A DNA stretch of 63,398 bases, filler included, from Octopus bimaculoides (GCF_001194135.2; 5 parts of 4 records of this genome joined end to end with filler, not necessarily neighbours in it); one strand, 5' to 3'; counted from the first letter of the whole stretch, positions 25,856 through 40,224 are shown. Notes: generated by a model not told the origin, from the letters alone. Translations and numbers: made by a program.

Positions 25856-27267
25856 ACACACATACACAAACATAATACATACATACACGGATGCGATAAT
25901 CCAGTTTCCGTCCAGCAAATCTCACTGAGAAGCCATTGGCTAACTTACAGATTTGACAAATGACGCGTGTGATAGCTTGTGCAGAGGAATAAAACCAGGA
26001 ACCGCTGCCATGAGAAACGAATTCAGAATTGATGTAAGCGATGTGAATCGGCTTCAATCATGACAAGGAAGCAGTATACGAACGCTACTCTCCACGGAAC
26101 CTGTTTGCTTTTCAAGAGACTCTCTTACGTCAAGATTCCCCCAGCATATTGCTTTGGCCACGCTTTCTTCCCTATTAAACAAATTAGATCGTAGTACAAA
26201 TGAAAGACACTTTTTGTGAAGTAACAGGAATTAATATAAACTTAATTGGTGTTAGAGAAATCGGATGGAATGATCCACAAATGATGCTTCAATAATGGCC
26301 TCCTCGTAAAGTTAATGTAAACAGCAGGGAGGTGAAGGCGAAGGAGGTGAAGGGGAGGAGTAGGAGGAAGAAGAAGAGTAGGAATAAAATACGGGTTGAT
26401 TCAGTGGCTGCACTACCATCAAATGGCATTACTTCAACAGCTTTCCATGACAGAAATAAATTGCTTTAAAACACTTTAGTTTCCTCAGCTATTTTAGGGT
26501 TTACGTTGTTAGCACGTCTATTTCAGTATAGTATTTACACATACATACATACATACATACATACGTGCATGCATACATACATACATACATACATACATAC
26601 ATACATACATACATGCATGCATATATACATACATGCATACATACATGCATACATTAACATAAATTCCAGGAACTGTCTTCAGTCACACAAAGAAGCCCTG
26701 TCACTTTGTGAGCGATGACTTGAGTTCTTCCTATATAAAAAAACGTCATAAAAATAAAACCTCCGAGCAGACGTATATATACGTGTTGACATCAGAAATA
26801 TGCATATAAACAAATATACATACAAAAGCATAAACAAGCGCCCAAGCTTGTGCGTATATGTACGTACTTATCTAAATGTGTAAAACCTACATACGCAAGT
26901 ATTTACAGACATTTATACACCCCGACCAATCTACATGCCTTTCTACTTACATACATGCATACAAATGCTACATCNNNNNNNNNNNNNNNNNNNNNNNNNN
27001 NNNNNNNNNNNNNNNNNNNNNNNNNNNNNNNNNNNNNNNNNNNNNNNNNNNNNNNNNNNNNNNNNNNNNNNNNNNNNNNNNNNNNNNNNNNNNNNNNNNN
27101 NNNNNNNNNNNNNNNNNNNNNNNNNNNNNNNNNNNNNNNNNNNNNNNNNNNNNNNATTCATACTTATACATACCTATATCAATACATACCTACATATATG
27201 CATACATAAGTACATACGTATTACGTAAATGCCTATCTACCCACCTACCTACCTACCTACATACATA

Positions 27268-27298
<31 letters not shown>

Positions 27299-27828
27299 CA
27301 TACATACATATGCATGCAAACATAAACTCTTACGTAAAAACACAGATAAAAACCAAGTTACATACATAAACATTTAGAAAAATACACATATGCATACGTC
27401 TGTACACATACATACATACATACATACATACATACATAGCTGGGATGGCCCTAATGAGTCAGCCATGACCCGTGAAGGAAACAACAACACAACAATCTGT
27501 AAGCGGAAGAGTAAAAAGTATTGAAGACTTGTCCGTATTGAAGTATGTAATTCATTGTTCTTATTTAAATCTTAGAGATGAACTTTTACTCCCCTTTAAA
27601 AGACCGGTTCCTCTTTTCGTAGGATGAATTTATCTAATTAGAAGAGAAAAAAAGATGTAAATACAAATTAAACTTAATAATCTAACTTTCAATAGTTAGT
27701 CTTACTGAAATTCTTTGCTTCCCAACCCGGTACCAACCATCTTCATATTGGAGAAATATAAAGAATATCAACAAATCAAGTGTGAACACAACTTCACTTA
27801 CCCCACCACAGAATTACACACACGCTCA

Positions 27829-27860
<32 letters not shown>

Positions 27861-29164
27861 AACATACACGCATACACACACACACACACAANNNNNNNNN
27901 NNNNNNNNNNNNNNNNNNNNNNNNNNNNNNNNNNNNNNNNNNNNNNNNNNNNNNNNNNNNNNNNNNNNNNNNNNNNNNNNNNNNNNNNNNNNNNNNNNNN
28001 NNNNNNNNNNNNNNNNNNNNNNNNNNNNNNNNNNNNNNNNNNNNNNNNNNNNNNNNNNNNNNNNNNNNNNNNNNNNNNNNNNNNNNNNNNNNNNNNNNNN
28101 NNNNNNNNNNNNNNNNNNNNNNNNNNNNNNNNNNNNNNNNNNNNNNNNNNNNNNNNNNNNNNNNNNNNNNNNNNNNNNNNNNNNNNNNNNNNNNNNNNNN
28201 NNNNNNNNNNNNNNNNNNNNNNNNNNNNNNNNNNNNNNNNNNNNNNNNNNNNNNNNNNNNNNNNNNNNNNNNNNNNNNNNNNNNNNNNNNNNNNNNNNNN
28301 NNNNNNNNNNNNNNNNNNNNNNNNNNNNNNNNNNNNNNNNNNNNNNNNNNNNNNNNNNNNNNNNNNNNNNNNNNNNNNNNNNNNNNNNNNNNNNNNNNNN
28401 NNNNNNNNNNNNNNNNNNNNNNNNNNNNNNNNNNNNNNNNNNNNNNNNNNNNNNNNNNNNNNNNNNNNNNNNNNNNNNNNNNNNNNNNNNNNNNNNNNNN
28501 NNNNNNNNNNNNNNNNNNNNNNNNNNNNNNNNNNNNNNNNNNNNNNNNNNNNNNNNNNNNNNNNNNNNNNNNNNNNNNNNNNNNNNNNNNNNNNNNNNNN
28601 NNNNNNNNNNNNNNNNNNNNNNNNNNNNNNNNNNNNNNNNNNNNNNNNNNNNNNNNNNNNNNNNNNNNNNNNNNNNNNNNNNNNNNNNNNNNNNNNNNNN
28701 NNNNNNNNNNNNNNNNNNNNNNNNNNNNNNNNNNNNNNNNNNNNNNNNNNNNNNNNNNNNNNNNNNNNNNNNNNNNNNNNNNNNNNNNNNNNNNNNNNNN
28801 NNNNNNNNNNNNNNNNNNNNNNNNNNNNNNNNNNNNNNNNNNNNNNNNNNNNNNNNNNNNNNNNNNNNNNNNNNNNNNNNNNNNNNNTGTGTGTGTGTGT
28901 GTGTGTGCGTGATGGAAAGCGTGCTATTGTGTGTGCATATTTATGGTTGTGTGTGGTGGTGGTGGGGGCCTGTTTTCTCTCTTTAAGCAGAGAATGGAGG
29001 AAGGATTAATGCGTGCATATTTATGTGGGGTAGATGAAGGATTGTTACGTGTTAGAGTTTGTATAGGCGTATAGATGCAGATATTCTTATACACTATCTC
29101 TCATACACACGCTCACACACATACACATACTCACTCATATATATATGCAGATATATATATATGT

Positions 29165-29380
29165 TCTTTCTTTTCTTCTTTTGCTTGTTTAAGTCACTTC
29201 ACTGTGGCCATGCTGGAGCACCGCCTTTAGTCGAACAAATCGACCCCAGGACTTATTCTTTGTGATCCTAGTACTTATTCTATTGGTCTGTTTTGCCGAA
29301 CCGCTAAGTTACGGGGACGTAAACACACCAGTATCGGTTGTCAAGTGATGGTGGGGGGACAAACCCAGACACACAAATAC
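29165..29380 (-). mobile_element. SINE family A, 3' half
   Basis: Reverse complement of 880-1070 (CTTAGCGGTTCGGCAAAA..CCGATAGAATAAGTACTAGG..GGTGCTCCAGCATG). Confidence 0.8.
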
Positions 29381-30443
29381 ACACACACACACACACACAC
29401 ANNNNNNNNNNNNNNNNNNNNNNNNNNNNNNNNNNNNNNNNNNNNNNNNNNNNNNNNNNNNNNNNNNNNNNNNNNNNNNNNNNNNNNNNNNNNNNNNNNN
29501 NNNNNNNNNNNNNNNNNNNNNNNNNNNNNNNNNNNNNNNNNNNNNNNNNNNNNNNNNNNNNNNNNNNNNNNNNNNNNNNNNNNNNNNNNNNNNNNNNNNN
29601 NNNNNNNNNNNNNNNNNNNNNNNNNNNNNNNNNNNNNNNNNNNNNNNNNNNNNNNNNNNNNNNNNNNNNNNNNNNNNNNNNNNNNNNNNNNNNNNNNNNN
29701 NNNNNNNNNNNNNNNNNNNNNNNNNNNNNNNNNNNNNNNNNNNNNNNNNNNNNNNNNNNNNNNNNNNNNNNNNNNNNNNNNNNNNNNNNNNNNNNNNNNN
29801 NNNNNNNNNNNNNNNNNNNNNNNNNNNNNNNNNNNNNNNNNNNNNNNNNNNNNNNNNNNNNNNNNNNNNNNNNNNNNNNNNNNNNNNNNNNNNNNNNNNN
29901 NNNNNNNNNNNNNNNNNNNNNNNNNNNNNNNNNNNNNNNNNNNNNNNNNNNNNNNNNNNNNNNNNNNNNNNNNNNNNNNNNNNNNNNNNNNNNNNNNNNN
30001 NNNNNNNNNNNNNNNNNNNNNNNNNNNNNNNNNNNNNNNNNNNNNNNNNNNNNNNNNNNNNNNNNNNNNNNNNNNNNNNNNNNNNNNNNNNNNNNNNNNN
30101 NNNNNNNNNNNNNNNNNNNNNNNNNNNNNNNNNNNNNNNNNNNNNNNNNNNNNNNNNNNNNNNNNNNNNNNNNNNNNNNNNNNNNNNNNNNNNNNNNNNN
30201 NNNNNNNNNNNNNNNNNNNNNNNNNNNNNNNNNNNNNNNNNNNNNNNNNNNNNNNNNNNNNNNNNNNNNNNNNNNNNNNNNNNNNNNNTAGATCCTTGAG
30301 GCATCGCGTCTGAGTAGATTTTCAAAGTATTTTGGCGATGTAAACTATGTATATTATACTTCGATGTGATTTATACACGGTTTTCATTTCAGCTTCTTTC
30401 ATTGAGGATATTTACTTAGTGTCTTATGGAAGGCCATGAATAA

Positions 30444-30490
<47 letters not shown>

Positions 30491-31376
30491 TGCCATCAAA
30501 GATGCCTTGCACACCCAAAAAATCTGGAGCTATTTAAAGATATTGCAAATTCCTCTCCTGATGATGGCTAACGCTATCGCAATCCTGAAACCCTTCTTGT
30601 ATCTTTAGTAGATATCTCAGTTTCAGAAGCCTTTTGCACTTTCGTCTATACTCTTAGTCTGAATGAATAGCAAGAAGCAAATTAGCCTTCATCTGCAGAA
30701 ACGTTTCTTTAGTCACTTGTTGACTACAACCAACTCGAACGTCTCAGCAGCCATGGCTATCATCTGGGAAGCTTTCTTAAGTTGTTTGCGTTCGGGATCA
30801 ATCTTCTGCCGCAAGTTTAGCACTGATTCTGTTAGAAAACTGTGGCAGCCGTCTTCAAAAGAGGATGAGTTTGCGTGCCATCCTTTGAGAAAAGCTTAAT
30901 CAATCAAGTACTGAAAATTGACTTTCTTTAGTTCATCAGAAATGTCAGTCTGTTCTTTCAAGACATTGGAAGTTCAGTCAAAAGGATCACTTTTATGCTC
31001 CTGGATAGAAGAAACATGTCGGAGTGATGTTATTGGTAACTCTTCAGGAGAGATGAATTTATCCTTCAAATCTACTTGCATCTTTCAGTCAGAGGCTTGA
31101 TGGAAAATAGAAAACGAGTCCCTCTCAGTTGCTTTTTCCTTTGGCGTCTTATCTCTTCTTGCATGCCGTAACGGATGTATATACGTGTGTTCGCTTTCTC
31201 TGTTTTCCTTCTCCTTCTTTCTCCCCTTCTCTGACATTTCTTTCGGATGAGGAGTGGATTCTCGAAACATAAAACGCATTTCCTTCATTTTTTTCTCATT
31301 TCCTGTGCGTTAACCTAATACTCTCAGCATTTGCTTTTTTTTTTTCTTACTCTGCCTTCGTGTTATATTTTTTGCA

Positions 31377-31428
<52 letters not shown>

Positions 31429-31991
31429 CGTGTGTATGTATGTGCGTGTTGTTGTGTCTGTGTGTGTTGATATGTATGTGTGTGTGGTGTGTGGTGTGTG
31501 TGTGTATTAATAGAGTGACTAGTAAATGTATTGGAATGATTGATCCTAAATGCGTTGCAGTACTAAAACTTTCATCCAGGCGATGGCCTATTTTTACCCA
31601 TGAAGAGGATACCGCACAGTTTGCATATGATGTAGCATATAATGGATTTAGTAGCTGCATATGGTGATTACTGTGGATTTATTAATGCTCTTAGAGTTGT
31701 GACTCATATAGGCAGCTGCTCTTGGGATTACGTGGTTGGATGTGATGGGAAGCTCAGTAGCTTCTAATTAAAAATTTTGTTATCTTTTTTTGAAGAGAGT
31801 TGGTGCGTAAATAAACTCGGAGTGGTTCTCGTGCCAGAAAATAGAAACTGGAATTTTTTATTTGTTTGGTTTTTTTTTTTTCGTATATTTTTGAGTGGTT
31901 TTGCTTTGAATTTGAATCCACCGCGATTCATATTTCAGGTTTGCTTCACACCAAGTCTACATTTTGAAGAGACAACTGCACATGCCGAAGA

Positions 31992-32054
<63 letters not shown>

Positions 32055-33827
32055 TTGTCTGTCTGTCTGTACATACATACATACATACATATGTACATGT
32101 ACATATATATATATATATATATATATGTATACATACGTACATATACATATACATATATATATATATATATATATTCATATTCATATATGTATGTATGTAT
32201 GTAAGTATGTATAGGGTGAAAGGAAGTGAGAGAAAGAGAAATGGATCAAAATTAATATGTGATAACATGAATGTGGCTGTATATGATATATATACATCAT
32301 ACAATATAATATTTAAAAAAATGTATTAATGTGTATTCAGATTGATCATTGAAGTCTTTTCTCAAGAAGACACACTGTCGTTCACTCTCAAATGTCGCCA
32401 TCTTCCTTGATATTTACAACCGTCTACATACACATNNNNNNNNNNNNNNNNNNNNNNNNNNNNNNNNNNNNNNNNNNNNNNNNNNNNNNNNNNNNNNNNN
32501 NNNNNNNNNNNNNNNNNNNNNNNNNNNNNNNNNNNNNNNNNNNNNNNNNNNNNNNNNNNNNNNNNNNNNNNNNNNNNNNNNNNNNNNNNNNNNNNNNNNN
32601 NNNNNNNNNNNNNNNNNNNNNNNNNNNNNNNNNNNNNNNNNNNNNNNNNNNNNNNNNNNNNNNNNNNNNNNNNNNNNNNNNNNNNNNNNNNNNNNNNNNN
32701 NNNNNNNNNNNNNNNNNNNNNNNNNNNNNNNNNNNNNNNNNNNNNNNNNNNNNNNNNNNNNNNNNNNNNNNNNNNNNNNNNNNNNNNNNNNNNNNNNNNN
32801 NNNNNNNNNNNNNNNNNNNNNNNNNNNNNNNNNNNNNNNNNNNNNNNNNNNNNNNNNNNNNNNNNNNNNNNNNNNNNNNNNNNNNNNNNNNNNNNNNNNN
32901 NNNNNNNNNNNNNNNNNNNNNNNNNNNNNNNNNNNNNNNNNNNNNNNNNNNNNNNNNNNNNNNNNNNNNNNNNNNNNNNNNNNNNNNNNNNNNNNNNNNN
33001 NNNNNNNNNNNNNNNNNNNNNNNNNNNNNNNNNNNNNNNNNNNNNNNNNNNNNNNNNNNNNNNNNNNNNNNNNNNNNNNNNNNNNNNNNNNNNNNNNNNN
33101 NNNNNNNNNNNNNNNNNNNNNNNNNNNNNNNNNNNNNNNNNNNNNNNNNNNNNNNNNNNNNNNNNNNNNNNNNNNNNNNNNNNNNNNNNNNNNNNNNNNN
33201 NNNNNNNNNNNNNNNNNNNNNNNNNNNNNNNNNNNNNNNNNNNNNNNNNNNNNNNNNNNNNNNNNNNNNNNNNNNNNNNNNNNNNNNNNNNNNNNNNNNN
33301 NNNNNNNNNNNNNNNNNNNNNNNNNNNNNNNNNNNNNNNNNNNTTTATTAGTATTACATTTTGGTCTGAAACCGATGGAAACGATATTTTTTTGAGTTAC
33401 TCTAAACCTGGAGGCAATTCCTGATTAGTTAATGGTATGTTGTCTCTCCTGCAATAAGGAGAAAATGCAAAAAAAAAAACAAAAAAAAAAAAAATTAAAC
33501 ATTCTAAATTTGAAGACAAAGAATCAGAAATGCGAACAAATTAATTATCAATGCGGATATTTCTTTCTTTTATATGATAATAATCATCGCTGATATCATC
33601 GTCACTATCATGACCATAATCACTATTATCACCGTTAATATAATCACTGCCGCCATCGTCATCACCGCCGTCATCGCCGCCGTCATCGCCGCCGTCATCG
33701 CCGTCATCATCATCATCATTATCATCAACACTAAATGTGCTTTAAGTTGCGTTAGTCTTATGAAGTGAGCTGTTTTGCCTAGTTTGTAGTTTGTCAGATG
33801 TTCTGTGCTATCAGCTTTAACTGTTGA

Positions 33828-33872
<45 letters not shown>

Positions 33873-34228
33873 CATTATGATTATTTCTTTCTGTTTCAGT
33901 CGCGTTTCTCTCTCCCCCCTCTCTCTCTCTCTGACACATTTTTTCTCTCTGGCCCAATCCCCTTCTTTCTCTAACTTACAAAAACAAATTTACGTCCTCA
34001 AGTTTCCTAATCATAAATTAAGTCCATACTTAAGTCAACCAACGTATTTATCCAGTGTCAACTATGCACAATAGAACTGGAAAAATATCCATTTATATCT
34101 CCCCCTCTTTATCCACATCTATCTTTTTTCATATACAAACACTTATATGTACACACAAACATGTAAACATATTTACATATTTGTGCATTTATCTCTTTAT
34201 ATGCATATGTATAATGTTATATATAAAT

Positions 34229-34261
<33 letters not shown>

Positions 34262-34500
34262 ATATGTATATATATATATATTATAGACATATGCATTTAG
34301 AGATATATTCAATGTCTGCACATGTGAATTGCATATGGACATGCAATTTACTTCAGTAGTTAGTAAGAGTTTATAGCATTGTCTCCATGGTCGATTAAAA
34401 AGATTATTCAGTCGCTAATGACATCCCAACTAAGGAGTGAAACTAGTCTGGCTAATATTCTGTTTCTGTTCACAATGACATTGCCTATGTAGACAAGGTA

Positions 34501-35650
34501 TTAGGTCATCAAGTATGAAATTTGTAGAAAAGAAAAGAAGTTTGCTAATGTTTTATAAATACAAGGAATAGTTTTATTCATCAAAGTATGCACCCATATT
34601 GTCAATACACTGCTGCCATTTCAGCGGTAGCTTGTCCAGCTCCGAACTGTAAAACCCTGGCAATCTAGAATCAATAAAATCTTGGAAGGCCTGTTTTACA
34701 GCATCGTCGGAATTAATATTTTCCTATCAAAAAGTTATCCAAATTCTGGAAGAAGTGGTAATGAGNNNNNNNNNNATCTAGACTGTTTTTTTTTTGTAAG
34801 TTTCTGCATCATTTGGTTCAGTTGGCTGCAGTATACTTCGGCCGTGATTGATGAGCCAGGTTTAATGAAATCAATGGATCACACCTGTGCCAGACCACCA
34901 AATACACACCATCAGCTTCTTTGATGAATTTTGCTTTTGGATTGTATTCTAGTGGCTTATCTTTGTTCAGCCACTGTGCTGAACGTTTACGGTTGTTTTA
35001 TTGGATCCATTTCTCATCACATGTTACAATTCGATTAAAAAATTATTAATTTTTGTGGCGAGAATGTAGCATAATGCAGGCTTCCTAACGTTGCTGTTTC
35101 TGCTTTTCATTGAGTTCATATGGAACCCACGTATCCAACTTTTTCATTTTACCGATTTGAACTAGGTGAGTCAATAATGTTTGCTTGCTAACACCAAACA
35201 ACAACGATAATTCACGGGCACTTTGAGATGGATCTGATTCGACGGTGGCTTTTAGTTCGTCATTGCCCGTCTTTGTTTCTGGTCAACGGCGTTGCTCATT
35301 TGTGAGATCAAAGTTACAAGAACGAAAATTTTGCAAACCAACTGTCTGCTATGTAATAAAATTAGGATGAAATACTCTATTAATATTCCGAGCTGTGATG
35401 CTGTATTTCCAAGAAAGAACTCATATTTCAAAATTGTACGAATTTCCGACTTATCCATCTCTAAACAAAAATAGCAAAAAACCATTTATAAATACTTTAT
35501 AAAGCGCAAAATGAGTTAGAATAAAGAAATAGATGCGTCAGCTTTCAAACAAAAAATAAAGATTGTCAAAATATAATAAAGGCGCAAAATGAGCAGCTGT
35601 CAAAGTTTACCATATATACCTTACTACAATTTTCATATTTGACGGCCTAA
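34501..35650 (-). mobile_element. Near full-length mariner DNA transposon with 27 bp TIRs and TA target-site duplication
   Basis: Left TA|TTAGGTCATCAAGTATGAAATTTGTAG; right CTACAATTTTCATATTTGACGGCCTAA|TA; internal transposase remnant. Confidence 0.9.
34574..35458 (-). pseudogene. Mariner (DDD) transposase pseudogene
   Basis: MDKSEIRTILKYEFFLG, KKLDTWVPYEL, IVTCDEKWI, KKLMVCIWW, LPLKWQQCIDNMGAYFDE*; stops, frameshifts and a 10-N gap. Confidence 0.85.
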
Positions 35651-36182
35651 TATTTACACCAGACTATTACATAGTGTGTTGGCGAAAAAACTAGGATAGT
35701 ATTAAAGCAAAAAAATAGTCAGTTAAACAACCTGCCAAGATTCACTTAAGTATTTAGTATTAGGGAGTCCATAAGCATTAATACACACACACACACACGC
35801 ACACGCACACACAGACACACACGCACACACAGACACACACGCACACCGTAGTATATATAAAATGCGTATGTGTGCTGTACTTTGTACGCAGAACAGTATA
35901 AATAGGAGAACGCGATATTAAGTGTCCAATACGAGACAGTTGATATATTGGAGAGTAGAGTGACTGTGAGTTTCAATTTCCGATTCAGAAGACCACTTGA
36001 CAATCTGAAGAATCAGTCAACCCTACCGAAATGATCGATTTTGTATCCAACCAACAGATAAATATCTATAAAAGCCGTGAAAGGCATCGTAAATTACTCA
36101 ACAGGGAATAAATCTTTAGAGATTTTATCATAGAGTCATTAGAGTTTATAGACGCACTAATAAATAACTAAATAAATAAATA

Positions 36183-36232
36183 TGTCTGTGCGGTAAGTAG
36201 CTTGCTTACCAACCACATGGTTCCGGGTTCAG
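36183..36232 (+). mobile_element. SINE family A head, cut by gap
   Basis: GCTGTG-like start, GGTAAGTAGCTTGCTTACCAACCACATGGTTCCGGGTTCAG matches 635-680. Confidence 0.75.
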
Positions 36233-36726
36233 NNNNNNNNNNNNNNNNNNNNNNNNNNNNNNNNNNNNNNNNNNNNNNNNNNNNNNNNNNNNNNNNNNNN
36301 NNNNNNNNNNNNNNNNNNNNNNNNNNNNNNNNTATATATAATGTATGTATTTATGTATATATATGTGTATGTGTATGCAGGTGTGTATATATATTTGCAT
36401 CTTTCTGTGGGTATAAGTATGTATATTTCTGTTTCCGTTAGTGTTCCATGTGAATATATTTGTAGGTCACAGTTTTATCTACAAAATTGCATCATCACTT
36501 ATTATTCGCACATTTTAGTTTGCGCATGCGTCGAATGATGGGCAATCATCGTTGTAGTTCCCGACACAATTCTCACTCGTCTATCATATTTTTGTATTAT
36601 ACCTTTGCACCACTGTAGAAGAGTTGTGATTAGTGGGTCGGAAAAGAATAAGAAAAAAAAAAAAAAAAAAAANNNNNNNNNNCTATCTATCTATCTATCT
36701 TTATATATATATCGCATAGTAAATGA

Positions 36727-36838
<112 letters not shown>

Positions 36839-37694
36839 TCATTTACTATGCGGTTGCATGTAAAGGATTGACAGAAAAACGGTTATTTTTCTCTCCCTTC
36901 AAATCTTGATATTGCATCGCTTTTGCACATTGTGTTGTAAAATTTTGTTCCAACAAAATTTCAGAATTGCGATTGGAAGAACAAACCGTTCCGACATCTT
37001 TGATTTTAGATGGAAAAAAATCATTTTATCGTTTTTGATACCAAACGAATGTATTTATTTATGTCATGTGGTTTCATATTATTATTTCAAGCCTTGTTTA
37101 ATTATTTTGAAATACATATGCTTTTACACCATATAATCATTGTTTTATACCAGCTAATCATTTGCATCCGGTGGTTTTATATCAACTGTTATCTAATTAA
37201 TGTTTTATGCCAGCTAATCAATTTTTTTCTGGGATGGGAGATGTATGTTCACGTTAATGAAATGCTTTTCTTTTTTCCTTAAATCATACTTCAAATTTCT
37301 GGTCAATTCCTGTAAGAAAATATAAGTACCAACCCAAGCAAATATGAATGATTTTATTGCCAAAAACGGATTTATTTTGATTTAGAAGTATTTCAGAATA
37401 TTGTCTGAAAGTTGATTGAAAGCATTGTCATAGAAATTGTTCGATTTAAATATGTATGAAGTAACTGGTGTACCAGTTATGAACCAATTCATTAATTACT
37501 ACATTCATTACAATTTATAAATAACTATTAATATTTATGTTTATTTATTTGTTTTGCAAGATTTTTGATGTGAAATCGTGTGTTGAAACAGATATTGTTA
37601 TATTTGGGGATGGTCATACTTTTCTTCAGTTAACTACCCGCACTAAGTACTTAATCTTCACTTCAGCTTTACTATTATTCTTATAATTATATCA

Positions 37695-37895
37695 AGGCAG
37701 TGAACTGGCACGCTGGGCAAAATGCTTGGCAGTATTTCGTCCACCTTTACGTTTTGAGTTCAAATTCTGCCGAGATCGACTTGGCCTTTCATCCTTTCGG
37801 AGTCGATAAAATAAGTACCAATTGAGCACGGGGGCCTATGTGATCGACTTATCCACTCACTCGAACACCCAGGCCTTGTTCCAAAATTTTAAATC
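37695..37895 (+). mobile_element. SINE family D
   Basis: GAGTTCAAATTCTGCCGAGATCGACTTGGCCTTTCATCCTTTCGGAGTCGATAAAATAAGTACC. Confidence 0.8.
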
Positions 37896-38228
37896 AGTAT
37901 TTAATTATATGCTTTTTTTTTTTTTACCATTAATCAAATCCATTCAGAATCGATAAATATAGACTAGTAGTGTGCCGGATCAAATCACGTTATTTTTATC
38001 TTTCTTTACAATTTTTTTTTTCATGCGAAACATTACAAATACTACAAATTTTTCCGTGTAACTTTATAACTCTCTACTAATAACACCACTTTTTTCTACA
38101 GTCGTGTAAGCCTGAACTAATGTCAAAACATGACCTCTACAATGTATATAAGCTCGGACTAACCTCATTACACATCACATTACATGCGTATAACCAGTTA
38201 TTTAAGTGTAACCAACTACATTATGAAG

Positions 38229-38490
38229 TGGAGGCGCGTGGCTTAGTGGTTAGGGTGTCAGCACCATGATCGTAAAGTTGTGGTTTCGATTCCTGGACTG
38301 GGCCTCGCGTTGTGTTCTTGAGCAAAACACTTCATTTCACGTTGCTCCAGTCCACTCAGCTGGCAAAAATGAGTAACGCTGCGATGGACTGGCGTCCCGT
38401 CCAGCTGGGGAACACATTCGCCATTGAAACCGGGAAACCGGGCCCATGAGTCTACCTAGGCTTTAAAAGGGCGCATTTATTTATTTATTA
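38229..38490 (+). mobile_element. tRNA-derived SINE, family B (full length)
   Basis: TGGCTTAGTGG A-box, GGTTTCGATTCC B-box; near-identical to 58501-58750 (+) and 50712-50970 (-). Confidence 0.85.
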
Positions 38491-39127
38491 CTACATTATA
38501 AAATTACATGAAATCTCATCTTAGAATCTAAATTTTTTTCTGATTCAATTTTACTTATCTACATACTTTTAAATTTATTTCCTTATTTTATTTTGCACTG
38601 ACGCACTTGTTTCCAATAGGAAAATCATTAGTTCACTGAATTTATGACTGCAACAGTAATAATGAAGTGTGTGCAAACTAGGTACAGAACAAATATATCA
38701 TGGGTCTTCGTTCAAAAACGAATGATTTTTAGTTTCTCCTGGCAATGCTTACCTTTTTCATCCATATACACCATCCATACACACACACACAGGCACACGC
38801 ACACACAATTGAGCAGTCTTGAAAATTTGGGCAATCAACTAATTGTGGCCAACTCGTCGACCCTGATTCAAAAGTTTCTCTTTTTCCCCCCACTGTGCTA
38901 ATCTTAACGATAACCACTACAATGTGCAAATCGTGGGACCTTGACTACTTGTTCGATCATACGTATCAATAAACGCCATCTCCTCCCCCTCCTGCAATGA
39001 GTGACAGCTTAAATATGAACACGAAGCATTTTGGTGGACATTAAGAACTCCGTGTTTAATTGGCCAATGGCTTTTGATTTTCTTACTGCCGTCATCTGTT
39101 TAGCATCTCTGATTTTGGTTTTCTGAG

Positions 39128-39545
39128 ATCATCATCATCATCATCATCACTATCATCATCACCATCATCATCATCATCTCTGCCGTGATTGTTGTCTTTA
39201 TTGTTGTCCTCCTCATCTTCATCATCATGTTTCACCATTGTCGTCGACGTCGCCAACATCATAATCATCATCATCATCATCGTCGTCTTCGTCGCCGTCG
39301 TCATCGTCATCATCATCATCATCATCATCGTCGTCGTCGTCGTCATCGTCATCGTCGTCGTAGTCGTCGTAGTCGTCGTTGTCATTATCGCTGTCATCAT
39401 CATCATCATCATCATAATCATCGATGTTGTCCTCGGCATCGCCACAATCATTGTCGCTGCCAACACCTTCGTCGCCATCGTCGCCGCTGTCATCATCACC
39501 ATCATCATCATCATTATCACCATCATCATCATCATCATCAACACC
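39128..39545. repeat. Compound (ATC)n/(GTC)n microsatellite
   Basis: Directly visible; source of the poly-H/D/I/M ORFs. Confidence 0.95.
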
Positions 39546-39659
39546 TTCCAATCATTCGTTCCTCCTCTTCCTCCTCTGCTTCCTCCTTCATATCTCCATC
39601 AATGCTACCTATATCTACGTCACTGTTGCTGCCCACTCCATTGCAAGCGTCAGATTTAC

Positions 39660-39900
39660 CTGGGGCATCATCTATTTGAAGTACCCCGAGTGTCTCTCTC
39701 CAAGTGGCTTTATCTTGCTGCAATCTTAACTCTGCTGCTGTTTTACTTGCAACTTTGCTTTCATCTCCAACAATTTTTACATTAGAAGTAGAATGGTTTA
39801 CAGCAACATCTTCTGGAACCAACCAGAGAAGTGAGGCAAGAGAGGCTGTCATCCAACCAGTCTTTTTGCTGTCCATTGTCAACGATGGTTGATGGCAATC
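39660..39900 (-). CDS. Candidate 241 nt coding exon of an unidentified host gene
   Basis: Non-repetitive, open in only one minus frame (DCHQPSLTMDSKKTGWMTASLASLLWLVPEDVAVNHSTSNVKIVGDESKVASKTAAELRLQQDKATWRETLGVLQIDDAP); AG acceptor at 39901-39902 (weak pyrimidine tract) and CAG|GTAAAT donor. No homology recognised. Confidence 0.35.
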
Positions 39901-40134
39901 CTTCAATGGAATTTATCACACACACACATGCACACACTTATTTGCTCTCTTTCTCTCTCTCTGTCTTTCTCTCTCTCTGTCTTTCTCTTTCTCTGTCTTT
40001 CTCTCTCTCTGTCTTTCTCTCTCTGTCACAAATTCATGTATATACACGTATGCATGACACAAATATACAATATAGTGTATAATTCTATCTATTTCTACCT
40101 TTCTTTCTCCCACTCTCTCTTTCTCTCTTTCTCC

Positions 40135-40224
<90 letters not shown>

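Noticed and set aside
30555-30600. CTGATGA..GAAAC at 30558-30591
   Set aside because: No stem III or NUH triplet; may be chance within an antisense coding-like segment.
27715-33395. Long ORFs in the track (e.g. 27715-28986, 29309-30325, 32349-33395; also 56857-57780, 60044-60910)
   Set aside because: Produced by N-gaps or di/tri/tetranucleotide repeats; no protein information.
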